From Candidatus Onthovivens sp. (GTDB lineage: Bacteria; Bacillota_I; Bacilli_A; RFN20; CAG-826), in contig DAIODM010000004.1 in the NCBI GenBank assembly GCA_036746835.1, positions 1 to 60,893 on the forward strand: DNA of 60,893 bases, written 5' to 3'. The notes beneath the pieces are model-generated. The model made no database searches and was not told the origin of the DNA. It worked only from the letters and a program-made list of their open reading frames with translations. A program made the translations under genes and the position numbers. Of this stretch, positions 39,390 to 48,736 are shown piece after piece (within the stretch, counting starts at the first letter, position 1; the number at the start of each line of letters is the position of its first letter).

Positions 39390-40203
39390 AGATGAAATTA
39401 AAGATTACTTTCAACTAGAAAATTCTCATGCTAAGAAAGAGCTTGGACAAAATTTTTTATGTAATCAAAAAACAATTGATGAAATTGTAAGTCTTGTTGA
39501 TGTTCAAAAAGACGATGTTTTATTAGAAATCGGTCCAGGTCTTGGAGCATTAACTAATGATTTAATAGGAAAAACTAAAAATTATACAGTTGTTGAATAT
39601 GATGCTAAGTTTGTAGATTATTTAACAAGAGCATATGGTGATAAAGATATTAAAATTGTTAAAAACAATATTTTAAAATACAAAGAATTTGATGCAAATA
39701 AGGTAGTTGGGAACCTTCCTTACTATATTACTAGCGACATTCTTTTATATTTAGCACTAAATTATCATAAATTAGATCGAGCAGTTTTAATGATGCAAAG
39801 AGAAGCTTATAAAAGAATTACTGCTAAACAAGGAACAAAAGATTATAACGCATTAAATATTGTCCTTGATTATTGCTTTAAAATCACAACAAATATGATT
39901 GTTGTTAAAACGAGTTTTTTCCCAATGCCACAAGTTGATTCTGTAGTTTTAACATTTTCAAAAAAGAATGATGCTGACAACACATTTATTAAACCATTAC
40001 TTACTTGTACTAGAGCAATGTTTTTAAATAGGAGAAAGACAATTTTCAATAATTTAAACAGTTTAGTTAAGAACAAAGATCAAACAAATGAAATTTTAAA
40101 ATCCTTAAATTTTGGACCTTCAATGAGAGCCGAAGAATTGACACTTAATGATTTTATCAATTTGACCAATGTTCTATTGAAACTCGAAATTATAAAATTA
40201 TAA
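39379..40203 (+). CDS. rsmA: 16S rRNA dimethyladenosine transferase RsmA/KsgA
   Basis: KKELGQNFL, EIGPGLG, VGNLPYYI, MRAEEL. Confidence 0.95.
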   Translation: MLTRDEIKDYFQLENSHAKKELGQNFLCNQKTIDEIVSLVDVQKDDVLLEIGPGLGALTNDLIGKTKNYTVVEYDAKFVDYLTRAYGDKDIKIVKNNILKYKEFDANKVVGNLPYYITSDILLYLALNYHKLDRAVLMMQREAYKRITAKQGTKDYNALNIVLDYCFKITTNMIVVKTSFFPMPQVDSVVLTFSKKNDADNTFIKPLLTCTRAMFLNRRKTIFNNLNSLVKNKDQTNEILKSLNFGPSMRAEELTLNDFINLTNVLLKLEIIKL

Positions 40204-40214
40204 TTAATATAAAT

Positions 40215-41087
40215 ATGATAAAGAAAGCACATGCTAAATTAAATTTAGCCTTAAATATAGTGGGTTTAAGACCCGATGGATATCATGATATTGAAACAAT
40301 CATGTTACCTTTAGATTTACACGATTCAATTGAATTAAATATTGCATCAAATCGTTCAGCGGATGATTTCGTTGTTTGCGATAATTATAATGTTGGAATT
40401 TCTAAATATAATTTATGTCACAAAGCTATTAATATTGCTCGTCAAAAATGGGGTTTTAAACAACATTTTGATATTTTTATTCATAAAAACATCTTTTTAC
40501 AATCTGGTTTAGGTGGTGGAAGTGCTGATGCTGCCGTTGTTTTAAAATCTATCGTTAAAATTTTAAATATTAAAACTACCAACGAAGAATTAATCGAAGT
40601 TGCTCGTCAAATTGGATCAGATGTTCCGTTTATGTTATTTAATAAACCAGCGGTTGTTAGCGGAGTCGGTGAACATATTGAATATTTTGATTTCGATAAT
40701 AAATATAGAAACTATTACATTTTGCTTGTTAAGCCTTTAGCAGGTTTATCAACAACTGCAGTTTATACAGAATATGAAAAATGCGAAAAGAAATTCTATG
40801 ATATAAAAGCTTGTAAAGAAGCTTTTATTAAAGGTGAACCTATCAAAGATTTAATTGGTAATAGTCTTGAAAATCCAGCATTTTCATTACTTCCTGAACT
40901 TGCTGAACTAAAAAAATCATTAGTTGAATATGGTTTTGAATTAGTTTTTATGACAGGTGGTGGAAGTTGTATGGTTGCGATGACCGATAATAAACATTTA
41001 GCTAATAAAGCTTTAAAACATTATTTTATGGATAAAGAACATTACGAAGCTGAATTGACTGGTTTTTATCGAAAAAAGGATAAATAA
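40215..41087 (+). CDS. ispE: 4-diphosphocytidyl-2C-methyl-D-erythritol kinase
   Basis: AKLNLAL, DGYHDIET, KNIFLQSGLGGGSADAA, IGSDVPF, MTGGGS. Confidence 0.92.
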   Translation: MIKKAHAKLNLALNIVGLRPDGYHDIETIMLPLDLHDSIELNIASNRSADDFVVCDNYNVGISKYNLCHKAINIARQKWGFKQHFDIFIHKNIFLQSGLGGGSADAAVVLKSIVKILNIKTTNEELIEVARQIGSDVPFMLFNKPAVVSGVGEHIEYFDFDNKYRNYYILLVKPLAGLSTTAVYTEYEKCEKKFYDIKACKEAFIKGEPIKDLIGNSLENPAFSLLPELAELKKSLVEYGFELVFMTGGGSCMVAMTDNKHLANKALKHYFMDKEHYEAELTGFYRKKDK

Positions 41088-41088
41088 A

Positions 41089-41343
41089 ATGTTAGTACTA
41101 GATAGTTTTGGTAAAAATATCTTTATTGGAGATGAACAAGTTGGCTATATCGATCGATATGGAAACATGTTTGTTAATGGGAAGAAACTTTGTGTATTAA
41201 CTGAAGATGGAAAGATGATGATTGAAGAAAGATTTCTTGCTGGATATGTTGATGAATGTGGTGATATCTATTTTAAAGATAAAAAAGTTGGTCATATTAT
41301 GGCCAACAATGACTTTTATTTCTCACCAAAAGCTCTTGGATAA
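41089..41343 (+). CDS. Small hypothetical protein built from about 16-17 aa beta-hairpin repeats (beta-flower-like)
   Basis: Repeats GKNIFIGDEQVGYID / GNMFVNGKKLCVLTE / GKMMIEERFLAGYVD / GDIYFKDKKVGHIM; starts 1 nt after the ispE stop. Confidence 0.65.
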   Translation: MLVLDSFGKNIFIGDEQVGYIDRYGNMFVNGKKLCVLTEDGKMMIEERFLAGYVDECGDIYFKDKKVGHIMANNDFYFSPKALG

Positions 41344-41805
41344 TTACTGATTTTTAATAACTTGATTTAAATATAAAGCGACCTTATCAGCGTCTAAACA
41401 ATAGCGAACAATAAGGTCTTTTTTATTGGTGTTTTTAAACTTAAAAACTACAACCGATTCTTGGCTATTTAAAAATTTTCTATGCTCTACACTTTGAATG
41501 TCTTTATAAGAAAATTCTTCATAATTATTTTTAGTTTTATAAACTCTTAAGTGATCAATTGAAGTGGTGATTAAAGGGTCAGGTCTAACAAGATAAATAG
41601 TAATGAAAACTACAACAACAAGAGAAAAGAGGGCACTTACTATGCCTAAAACGAGTAAAAGAATATTTATAGAAGCATTTTTATCATTTGGAAAAGCTGG
41701 AAATAAACAAACAAAAGTACAAATAATTAAAAAGAATAGTGGGAATAAAAATACCCATATAAAATCAACATTCTTTTTGGCTAATTCTCTAAATTCATTC
41801 ATCAT
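41344..41805 (-). CDS. Hypothetical membrane protein (2 TM plus possible PH-like domain)
   Basis: Two hydrophobic helices followed by a beta-rich soluble part; ATGA overlap with the AraC-GH39 stop. Confidence 0.7.
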   Translation of the reverse strand: MMNEFRELAKKNVDFIWVFLFPLFFLIICTFVCLFPAFPNDKNASINILLLVLGIVSALFSLVVVVFITIYLVRPDPLITTSIDHLRVYKTKNNYEEFSYKDIQSVEHRKFLNSQESVVVFKFKNTNKKDLIVRYCLDADKVALYLNQVIKNQ

Positions 41806-44288
41806 TCATGGTCCTTCTTTAATATAATTATGACTTGGAATTCTAATGGATCAAGTGAGGTGGAAACAGAAACCTTTCCATCTTTTACTTTTAAGGTTTG
41901 TTGACGATAACCAGGTGCGGTTTTAAGCTTAAGACTCATGATTTCTTCTTTGTTCCAGAAGTTGAATGCACCTTCTTTAAGCCATTCATCATAAACACTT
42001 CCTTCTTTTCTATTTACGAAAAGTTTTTTACAAACAACATAATTAGAATTGATGTTTGAAATATTAAAATTAAGTTCAAGTGGAGCAAGATTATCATAAA
42101 TTGAATAACGTGAAGTTTGAGTTACGTTATATCTTTCTCCTGAACGATAACGCTCGTTATAATGCTTGTAATTATGAGTTACAATTATGATTTGTTTGTC
42201 ATCTCTAGTTACAATATAGTTATCGCCAATTGCTAATATTTCTGACTTTAATAAAGATAGGAAAGCAAAAGCAAAATAAGATGGTTTCTTTACATTATTA
42301 TATGTTGTTAAACCAAGTCCACCATGTAAAAAGTTGTCTGGAATTGCTTGCTCTAATATAAAATCTGTAAGACACCAAGGTGTGTAATTATAGAAATTTT
42401 TATAATTTTCAATGTAGTTTTTAATGAAGAAATCTCCATTAAATAAAGTATCATTAATTAAATTTCTATGGGAGAATGTTGCGTTAAATTCACCAAGATA
42501 AATTGGTAAATCAATGTTTATATCATGAAGAATAGTTTCAATGCTGTTGTAATAATCTAAAAGGGCATGCTCACTTTTTTTGAACACTTCATTTGTAGAA
42601 GAATTTGGAATATAAGCAGTACTGTATTCATTATGATAGTAGTGAACTTCAATAAATTGAGGTAAACGATCATTCATTTTGCATAATTTTAAAAACTCAA
42701 TTCCCCAATCTATTTGATCTTTGCTGCATAAAATCATTGGAGAACCACCAAATTTTGCATCAGGAATATATTTCTTTAAAACATCAAAAGTTACTTTATA
42801 AAAATTAAAGAATTCTTGAGGCGTACCTATTCTAAATAATCCAAGTTCACTATCAGGTTCATTCCATAATGTATAAATCCATTTATTAACTTCGTTCATT
42901 CCATAACGATAAATAATGTGCTCTAAATATGCACTTAATAAATCAGTCCAATCACTTAAATTTTCAGGTAAAGAAACAATGGAAGTCCCATTAAAAATAG
43001 TATTGTATTTATTTTTTGCTAATAGAGCAGGCATAAAATCCATTTGAACGATAGGTCTTAAATTATGTTCTCTTAAAAAATCATAAACCATATCGAGCAA
43101 AACAAATGAATAGAAAAATTTTCCATCTTTTTTAGTAACAGTCATCATTTCATCATTAAACATGCCATGGAAATTTACATATCTAAAACCAATATCACGG
43201 ACAGCATCAAGCAAAGTTTCTTGAATATCTTTCATTAAAAGTTCTTTTGCTCGGCCAACTCCAACTGAAATATTTGAAATATTTCTTTGATATTCTTTAA
43301 CTTCGTTTGCATCAAAATCTACATTGATGGTGTCTTTTTGTTGGTTTAAATTTGCTTCTTTAAAATCAGAAGTATAGTTATCAGCGTTTTTAAAGAATTT
43401 AGATAAAGCAGCGAGTTTAGTATCTTCAGAAAGCTTTAAATAATTTACTTCTTCATCTGAATCATTGTTCTTTTCTAGAGTGTGATCTTTTCGGTATTCA
43501 CTAGGTAAAGTGCCATATTTTTTCCTAAAAGCACGAACAAAAGTTCGTGGCTCATCATATCCATTTCTAAAAGCAACATCTACGATTGAATCATTACAAT
43601 TTAATAAATCTCTTAAAGTTTTTTCTAGTCTTACTGAAGAGTAATAATCTAAGAAACTGATGCCAACATTTTTCTTAAAGAAACTTGAAAAATATTGTGG
43701 TGTAACTCCCGCTTTATCAGCGACGTCTTCAAGAGATAAATTCTCGTTATAATGTTCATTAATATATTGAGTTATTTCTTTTAATTTACCTAAATTCTTA
43801 TTAACTTTTATATCGCTACTCGTATCAATAAAGTTTTCAGTTAAGTTATCAAGCAGAGAATTAAGGCAAATCAAATTTTTAAGTCCATACTTGTTAGGTA
43901 AACTATCAATTCTAATTAAAGAGATAATATCTTTTCTTAATTTTTCAAATTCTTTATCGTGATTTTTGTCAGTTGTAGTGTTCACATTAAATCTTATAGA
44001 ATCATCGTTTACGATCTTTAAAAATTCTTGATAATCAATTTGAACAGCAACAAGAGTTGCTCCATCCTTACTATATAAAGAGTGAATATCACACGTATTT
44101 ATAAGGATTAAATCATTTTCATCAAGTTTATATTGAACATTATTAATTGAAATGTCGGCTTTTCCATTGATATCAAACAAAATCTCAATGGCATTGTGCC
44201 AATGAGCATTAACATTCCCTATCTTGTGTAAAAAGACTTTAACAGGGACTACGTTTTTAAAATCTATAATCTCGTATCTTTCTTCCAT
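41802..44288 (-). CDS. AraC family regulator fused to a GH39-like glycoside hydrolase domain
   Basis: Cupin HWHNAIEI; double HTH (LSLEDVA...YFSSFFKK; GYDEPRTFVRAFRKKYG); GH39 motifs FHGMFND, WNEP, EVHYY, GEFN, GGLGL...KKPSY. Confidence 0.88.
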   Translation of the reverse strand: MEERYEIIDFKNVVPVKVFLHKIGNVNAHWHNAIEILFDINGKADISINNVQYKLDENDLILINTCDIHSLYSKDGATLVAVQIDYQEFLKIVNDDSIRFNVNTTTDKNHDKEFEKLRKDIISLIRIDSLPNKYGLKNLICLNSLLDNLTENFIDTSSDIKVNKNLGKLKEITQYINEHYNENLSLEDVADKAGVTPQYFSSFFKKNVGISFLDYYSSVRLEKTLRDLLNCNDSIVDVAFRNGYDEPRTFVRAFRKKYGTLPSEYRKDHTLEKNNDSDEEVNYLKLSEDTKLAALSKFFKNADNYTSDFKEANLNQQKDTINVDFDANEVKEYQRNISNISVGVGRAKELLMKDIQETLLDAVRDIGFRYVNFHGMFNDEMMTVTKKDGKFFYSFVLLDMVYDFLREHNLRPIVQMDFMPALLAKNKYNTIFNGTSIVSLPENLSDWTDLLSAYLEHIIYRYGMNEVNKWIYTLWNEPDSELGLFRIGTPQEFFNFYKVTFDVLKKYIPDAKFGGSPMILCSKDQIDWGIEFLKLCKMNDRLPQFIEVHYYHNEYSTAYIPNSSTNEVFKKSEHALLDYYNSIETILHDINIDLPIYLGEFNATFSHRNLINDTLFNGDFFIKNYIENYKNFYNYTPWCLTDFILEQAIPDNFLHGGLGLTTYNNVKKPSYFAFAFLSLLKSEILAIGDNYIVTRDDKQIIIVTHNYKHYNERYRSGERYNVTQTSRYSIYDNLAPLELNFNISNINSNYVVCKKLFVNRKEGSVYDEWLKEGAFNFWNKEEIMSLKLKTAPGYRQQTLKVKDGKVSVSTSLDPLEFQVIIILKKDHE

Positions 44289-44442
44289 GACTATATTATA
44301 GTTATATTTTTTGATTATTGAACTTATTTCGTTAAATAAGTGACAAATTTTAATCTACTTTTAGGTAAATACCTGCTTACTTTCCTTTTACAATGCCTTT
44401 TTTTATTAATTTTTTGTACTAAAGTCCATTAAAACTGGTACG

Positions 44443-44456
44443 TGAAAGCGCTTACA
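44443..44456. promoter_or_regulatory. cre/LacI-family operator upstream of the sugar operon
   Basis: TGAAAGCGCTTACA matches the CcpA cre consensus TGWAANCGNTNWCA at all defined positions. Confidence 0.75.
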
Positions 44457-44509
44457 ATCTTATAAAATTATGGCAGTTAGATGTGGAAATGTCCTAAAAG
44501 GAGGTTGCA

Positions 44510-46084
44510 ATGGCAAACGAAGTAATTTTCGAGGTTAAAGATTGCTCAAAGCACTTTGGCCCAACAACAGCGCTCAATCACGTTAATTTCACTATTAGAA
44601 GAGGTGAGATTACTGGTTTGATTGGAGAAAATGGTAGTGGTAAGTCAACTCTTTCGGCTATCATGACTGGTATTTATGACCGCAACGGCGGTGAAATGTT
44701 TTTTAAAGGACAACCATGGGAACCAAAATCAATGATTTGGTCCATGAATAATGGAATAGGCATTATTGTCCAAGAAAAAGGAACTATTAGCAATATTACA
44801 GTTGCTGAAAATATATTCTTAGGTGAAGCTTCCAAATTCTCACTTTTTAAAACTAAAAAAGGAAAATGCTGGGGTCCAGTAATTCGTAAGAGAATGAATG
44901 AAGCGGCTGATAAAGTCCTTAAAGATATGGGAGAAACTAAGTTTACTGGTGCTACTCCAATTAATATGATCAACTTCCAAGATCAAAAATTAATTGAAAT
45001 TGCAAAAGTCATTGCTAAGAATCCTGACATTCTTATTGTTGATGAAACAAGTACTGCTCTTTCTCAACACGGACGTGACATCCTTTATAACTTAATTCAT
45101 AAGATGAGAGATGAGAATAAAGCCGTTGTCTTCATTTCTCACGATTTAGATGAAATTATGGAACAATGCGATACCTTAACAGTCTTACGTGATGGAAACA
45201 TTATTCGTACCTTTGATAAAAAGAAAGGTGAATATGATCCAGATAAGATTAAGGAAAGCATGATTGGTCGTGAACTTAAAGGTGATTATTATCGAAGCGA
45301 TTATGATGGAAGTTTCGATGAAAACAAAGTTGTCTTATCGATGAAACACGCAGTCATTGGTCCTAATATTAAAGATTTTAATCTTAAACTTCATAAAGGT
45401 GAAATTCTTGGTATTGGTGGTCTTAGTGAATGTGGAATGCACGTAATTGGAAAAGCATTATTTGGAGCAATTCCTCTCGATGCTGGTACAGTCTTTGCTT
45501 ATAAAAAGATTGTAGATAAGAAAACTGGCAAAGAAGTTATTAAAGGTTTCCCAATCGATAGTCCAGATCATGCAATTGAAGCTGGAATTGGTTACGCCTC
45601 AAAAGATCGTGATATCGAATCGCTCAACTTAGATGCTCCAATTAAAGATAATATTGCAATTGCTGGTCTTGATAAATTTGCTACTGCTAAATTCTTCATG
45701 GATCCTCGTAAAGAAAAAGCATATGTTAAAAAACAAGCTGATTTCTTATCAATTAAATGTGCATCTTTGGATCAATATGTTAGTGCACTTAGTGGTGGTA
45801 ACAAACAAAAAGTTGCCTTCGCTAAATGGATTGGAAAAGACTGTGATATCTTGATTCTTGATTGTCCAACCCGTGGTGTCGATATTGGTGTTAAACAAGC
45901 AATGTATCAACTTATGTATTCATTAAAGAAACAAGGTAAGTCAATCATTATGATTAGTGAAGAGCTTGCTGAGTTAATCGGAATGAGCGACACACTCGCA
46001 GTTATTAAAGATGGTAAGTTAACTAAGACATTCCCAAGAAGCAAAGATCTTAGTGAATCAGATATCATCAAATACATGATTTAA
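44510..46084 (+). CDS. Sugar ABC transporter ATP-binding protein (CUT2, RbsA/MglA-like, two NBDs)
   Basis: GENGSGKST, VDETSTAL, ISHDLDE, LSGGNKQKV, DCPTRGVDIG. Confidence 0.93.
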   Translation: MANEVIFEVKDCSKHFGPTTALNHVNFTIRRGEITGLIGENGSGKSTLSAIMTGIYDRNGGEMFFKGQPWEPKSMIWSMNNGIGIIVQEKGTISNITVAENIFLGEASKFSLFKTKKGKCWGPVIRKRMNEAADKVLKDMGETKFTGATPINMINFQDQKLIEIAKVIAKNPDILIVDETSTALSQHGRDILYNLIHKMRDENKAVVFISHDLDEIMEQCDTLTVLRDGNIIRTFDKKKGEYDPDKIKESMIGRELKGDYYRSDYDGSFDENKVVLSMKHAVIGPNIKDFNLKLHKGEILGIGGLSECGMHVIGKALFGAIPLDAGTVFAYKKIVDKKTGKEVIKGFPIDSPDHAIEAGIGYASKDRDIESLNLDAPIKDNIAIAGLDKFATAKFFMDPRKEKAYVKKQADFLSIKCASLDQYVSALSGGNKQKVAFAKWIGKDCDILILDCPTRGVDIGVKQAMYQLMYSLKKQGKSIIMISEELAELIGMSDTLAVIKDGKLTKTFPRSKDLSESDIIKYMI

Positions 46085-46096
46085 AAGGAGGAAATT

Positions 46097-47182
46097 ATGT
46101 CATTAAAAGATTTAATAAAAAATAAAAAAACTACTGAAACTCCTAAACCACAAGAAAATGGTGCGGTTGTAGTTGAGACTCAAGAAGAGAAAAAGGCAAA
46201 AACACTTAAAGCCTTCACTCGTCAAAAGTTAATTGGTAGTTTCTTACCATTTGTCGGATTAATCGTTCTATTTGTTCTTTATTCAGTAATTATTATTAAC
46301 GAAGGTTACTTATATGAAGATGCAATTTGGGCAACATTCGATCGTGGTGTCTATATTGCAATCATGGCAATCGGTGCAAGTTTCTTATTCACCCTTGGTC
46401 AATTCGATTTATCACTTGGTAGTGCAATGGGTTTAAGTGCTGCCGCTGCTCTTCTTGTTTATAGAGGAACTGGAAATATTGGATTAACTATTGTCGTTTG
46501 TATCGTTACAGCTATTGTCGTTAGTTTACTTAATATTCTCTTCTCATCAATCTTACGAGTTCCAATCTTCATTATGTCTATCGCAATGATGACGGTTCTC
46601 CAAAAGGTTATCTTAGGTTTAATTAGTGCCTTCTCAACGTCTGGTGAATCAAGTATTAACTTATCACCAAACCCATTCAATGACACTTTCCTTTATACCA
46701 AATGGTTTAGATTGATAGTCCTTATTGTATATTTCATTGTTTGTTTCTTTATCTTCAGATATTTAAAGTTTGGTCGTAAAGCAAAATTCTTAGGTGGAAA
46801 CCCATTCTGCGCAAGATTAACTGGTATTTCTCCAAGAACTAATTCAATTATTGCCTTCTTAATTTGTGCTGTTGGTGTTGGTCTTACGTCACTTGTCTTC
46901 ATTTGTGAAACTCCAATTGTAACAAGTGCAACCGGAACTACATATGGTATGGATATCATGGTCGCTATTGTTATCGGTGGTATGCCAATGTCAGGTGGTG
47001 CTCGTAGTAAGATTACTGCTTCTGTCTGTGGTGCATTTACTCTTGCTTTCCTTGAAGCGGTCTTAAGATCGTTCCCAGAAACAAGTGGTGAAGGAATGAT
47101 TCAAATCGTTAAAGCTGTGTTGTTTATTGTTTTGGTCTTTATGTCTAGTTGGTCTTATCGTGGTAAGACGCTTCCTAGATAA
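46097..47182 (+). CDS. Sugar ABC transporter permease 1 (RbsC-like)
   Basis: Multi-TM; GQFDLSLGS, FGRKAKFLGGNP...ARLTGI, VAIVIGGMPMSGG. Confidence 0.9.
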   Translation: MSLKDLIKNKKTTETPKPQENGAVVVETQEEKKAKTLKAFTRQKLIGSFLPFVGLIVLFVLYSVIIINEGYLYEDAIWATFDRGVYIAIMAIGASFLFTLGQFDLSLGSAMGLSAAAALLVYRGTGNIGLTIVVCIVTAIVVSLLNILFSSILRVPIFIMSIAMMTVLQKVILGLISAFSTSGESSINLSPNPFNDTFLYTKWFRLIVLIVYFIVCFFIFRYLKFGRKAKFLGGNPFCARLTGISPRTNSIIAFLICAVGVGLTSLVFICETPIVTSATGTTYGMDIMVAIVIGGMPMSGGARSKITASVCGAFTLAFLEAVLRSFPETSGEGMIQIVKAVLFIVLVFMSSWSYRGKTLPR

Positions 47183-47220
47183 AAATATATTTCACTTTTT
47201 AAGGGAGGAATTAAAATTCT

Positions 47221-48648
47221 ATGAAAAAAATGAAAAGTGTATTAGTCAGTAGTGCTGCGATTGGTATTCTTTGTGCCGGTCTCGTTGGTTGTGGAAATAG
47301 TAATGGTGGTAAAATCCGTATTGGATTTATTAACCCAGATACAGGCGGTGGTGAAACTGTTGCTTGGGCAAGTTATGTAAGTGATTATTTAACTAAAGCT
47401 TATAGCGATAAGTATCAATTCTATGTTTAAACTTTCAACGCTTTTACATCAACTACAAACTCAACAACTGAGTGCAAAGATATGTTAGCAAAAGGTTGTA
47501 AAGCCATTGTCGAAATTGGTTATGGTACTGAAGCTAACTTTACTGCTTGTAAAGAAAAAGGTGCTTATTATTGCGCCGTTGGTTCATCACCAAATAATAA
47601 AACTAAATTAACCAGTGCTGAATGGGGCAGCATTAATGATCACTTCGTCGGTGTTTTAGGACCAAGTCTCGATCAAGAAGCTCAAGCTGGTTACGATATG
47701 GCTGATCACTATATTAAACAAGGATTAAAAGATTTCGGAATTTATGGTTGTGTCATCGGATATGCTCAATCTTATGGGGTTACCGTTCACGCTTGGCGTG
47801 TTGCCGGTATGCTTAAGAGAATGCTTGAAGATGCTCCAGATTCAACTACTCAATATTGCGCATTTGATAATGGTAGTGGTAAGCAAGTTGGCTTCACCAA
47901 GAATAGTACCATTGATGAAATGGAAGGCATTATTGCTGGTCGAAGTAACTTCTATGGTGTTGATGCAAATGGTAAACAATGGGCCGTCGGTGATATTTGC
48001 AAAGTCGGACCATATAGAATCAATTATTGGCAACAAAACGTTGCTGATACCACTTTAAATGATGCAGAAGAGGTTTATTTTACCACTGATAAAGCTGGTA
48101 ATAATAATCCAGATTCAACCTTCAAAGCCCAAGTAATTTTAGGTAGTGCCAGTGCTTATGGTATGTTTGCTAAAAAGGGAAGATGTGTCATTGGTAGTGA
48201 TGGTAAGGTCGATTTAGGTATTGCTGAAGTCGAGTCCTTCGCTGATGCTAATAAAGCCGCCATGCAAAGTGGTTATATTACCTATGAATGTGGCAAGATG
48301 AACAGCTGTATTGGTCCTGCTTTCGCTGCTGTCTTCAGTGCTTTAAATGGTCGTAACTTTGGTGTTGATGCAGCTGGTAAAGCTGAATTAATGGTTGGTA
48401 GTCAAGGTTTCTGGAATGTTGGTAGTGTTAGTGAGTTTGAAGAATTAGCAACTTTTGATGCTTATGCTACTCACCCAGCCTATTCAAGAGCTTTACTTGA
48501 AACTATGACTTATAAGACTGAAGCCGAAACTGATCCAGATGGTAAGACATATCCAGTTAACAACATTACTAAGGATGAATTCTTAGCTAAGTTCAACGCT
48601 TATACTTACGCTGATGTTAAAGCTGCTCGTACTGCTGCTGAAGCTTAA
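47221..48648 (+). pseudogene. Sugar ABC substrate-binding lipoprotein interrupted by one in-frame TAA
   Basis: ORFs 47221-47430 and 47482-48648 share a frame. TAA at 47428-47430 is the only break (QFYV*TFNAFTSTTNSTTECKDMLAKG). Lipobox LVGC. The restored product would be 475 codons. May be a sequencing or strain variant. Confidence 0.8.
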
Positions 48649-48696
48649 TCAATTAAATAAATTATAGATGAGACTAGCTTATTAATTACGAAAGGG

Positions 48697-48722
48697 TCCT
48701 GGCCTAATAAAATAGGCCAGGA
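48697..48722 (+). other. Intra-operon stem-loop after the SBP gene
   Basis: TCCTGGCCTA-ATAAAA-TAGGCCAGGA, no U tract. Confidence 0.65.
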
Positions 48723-48736
48723 ACTATGGTGAAAAT

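Noticed and set aside
44353-44392. Possible AraC direct repeats (TACTTT at 44356 and 44378)
   Set aside because: Too short and AT-rich to distinguish from background.
47428-47430. Stop-codon reassignment or an alternative genetic code as the explanation for the SBP break
   Set aside because: TAA is the dominant true stop in this window, TGA terminates yaaA and the AraC gene, and no other intact gene needs read-through.
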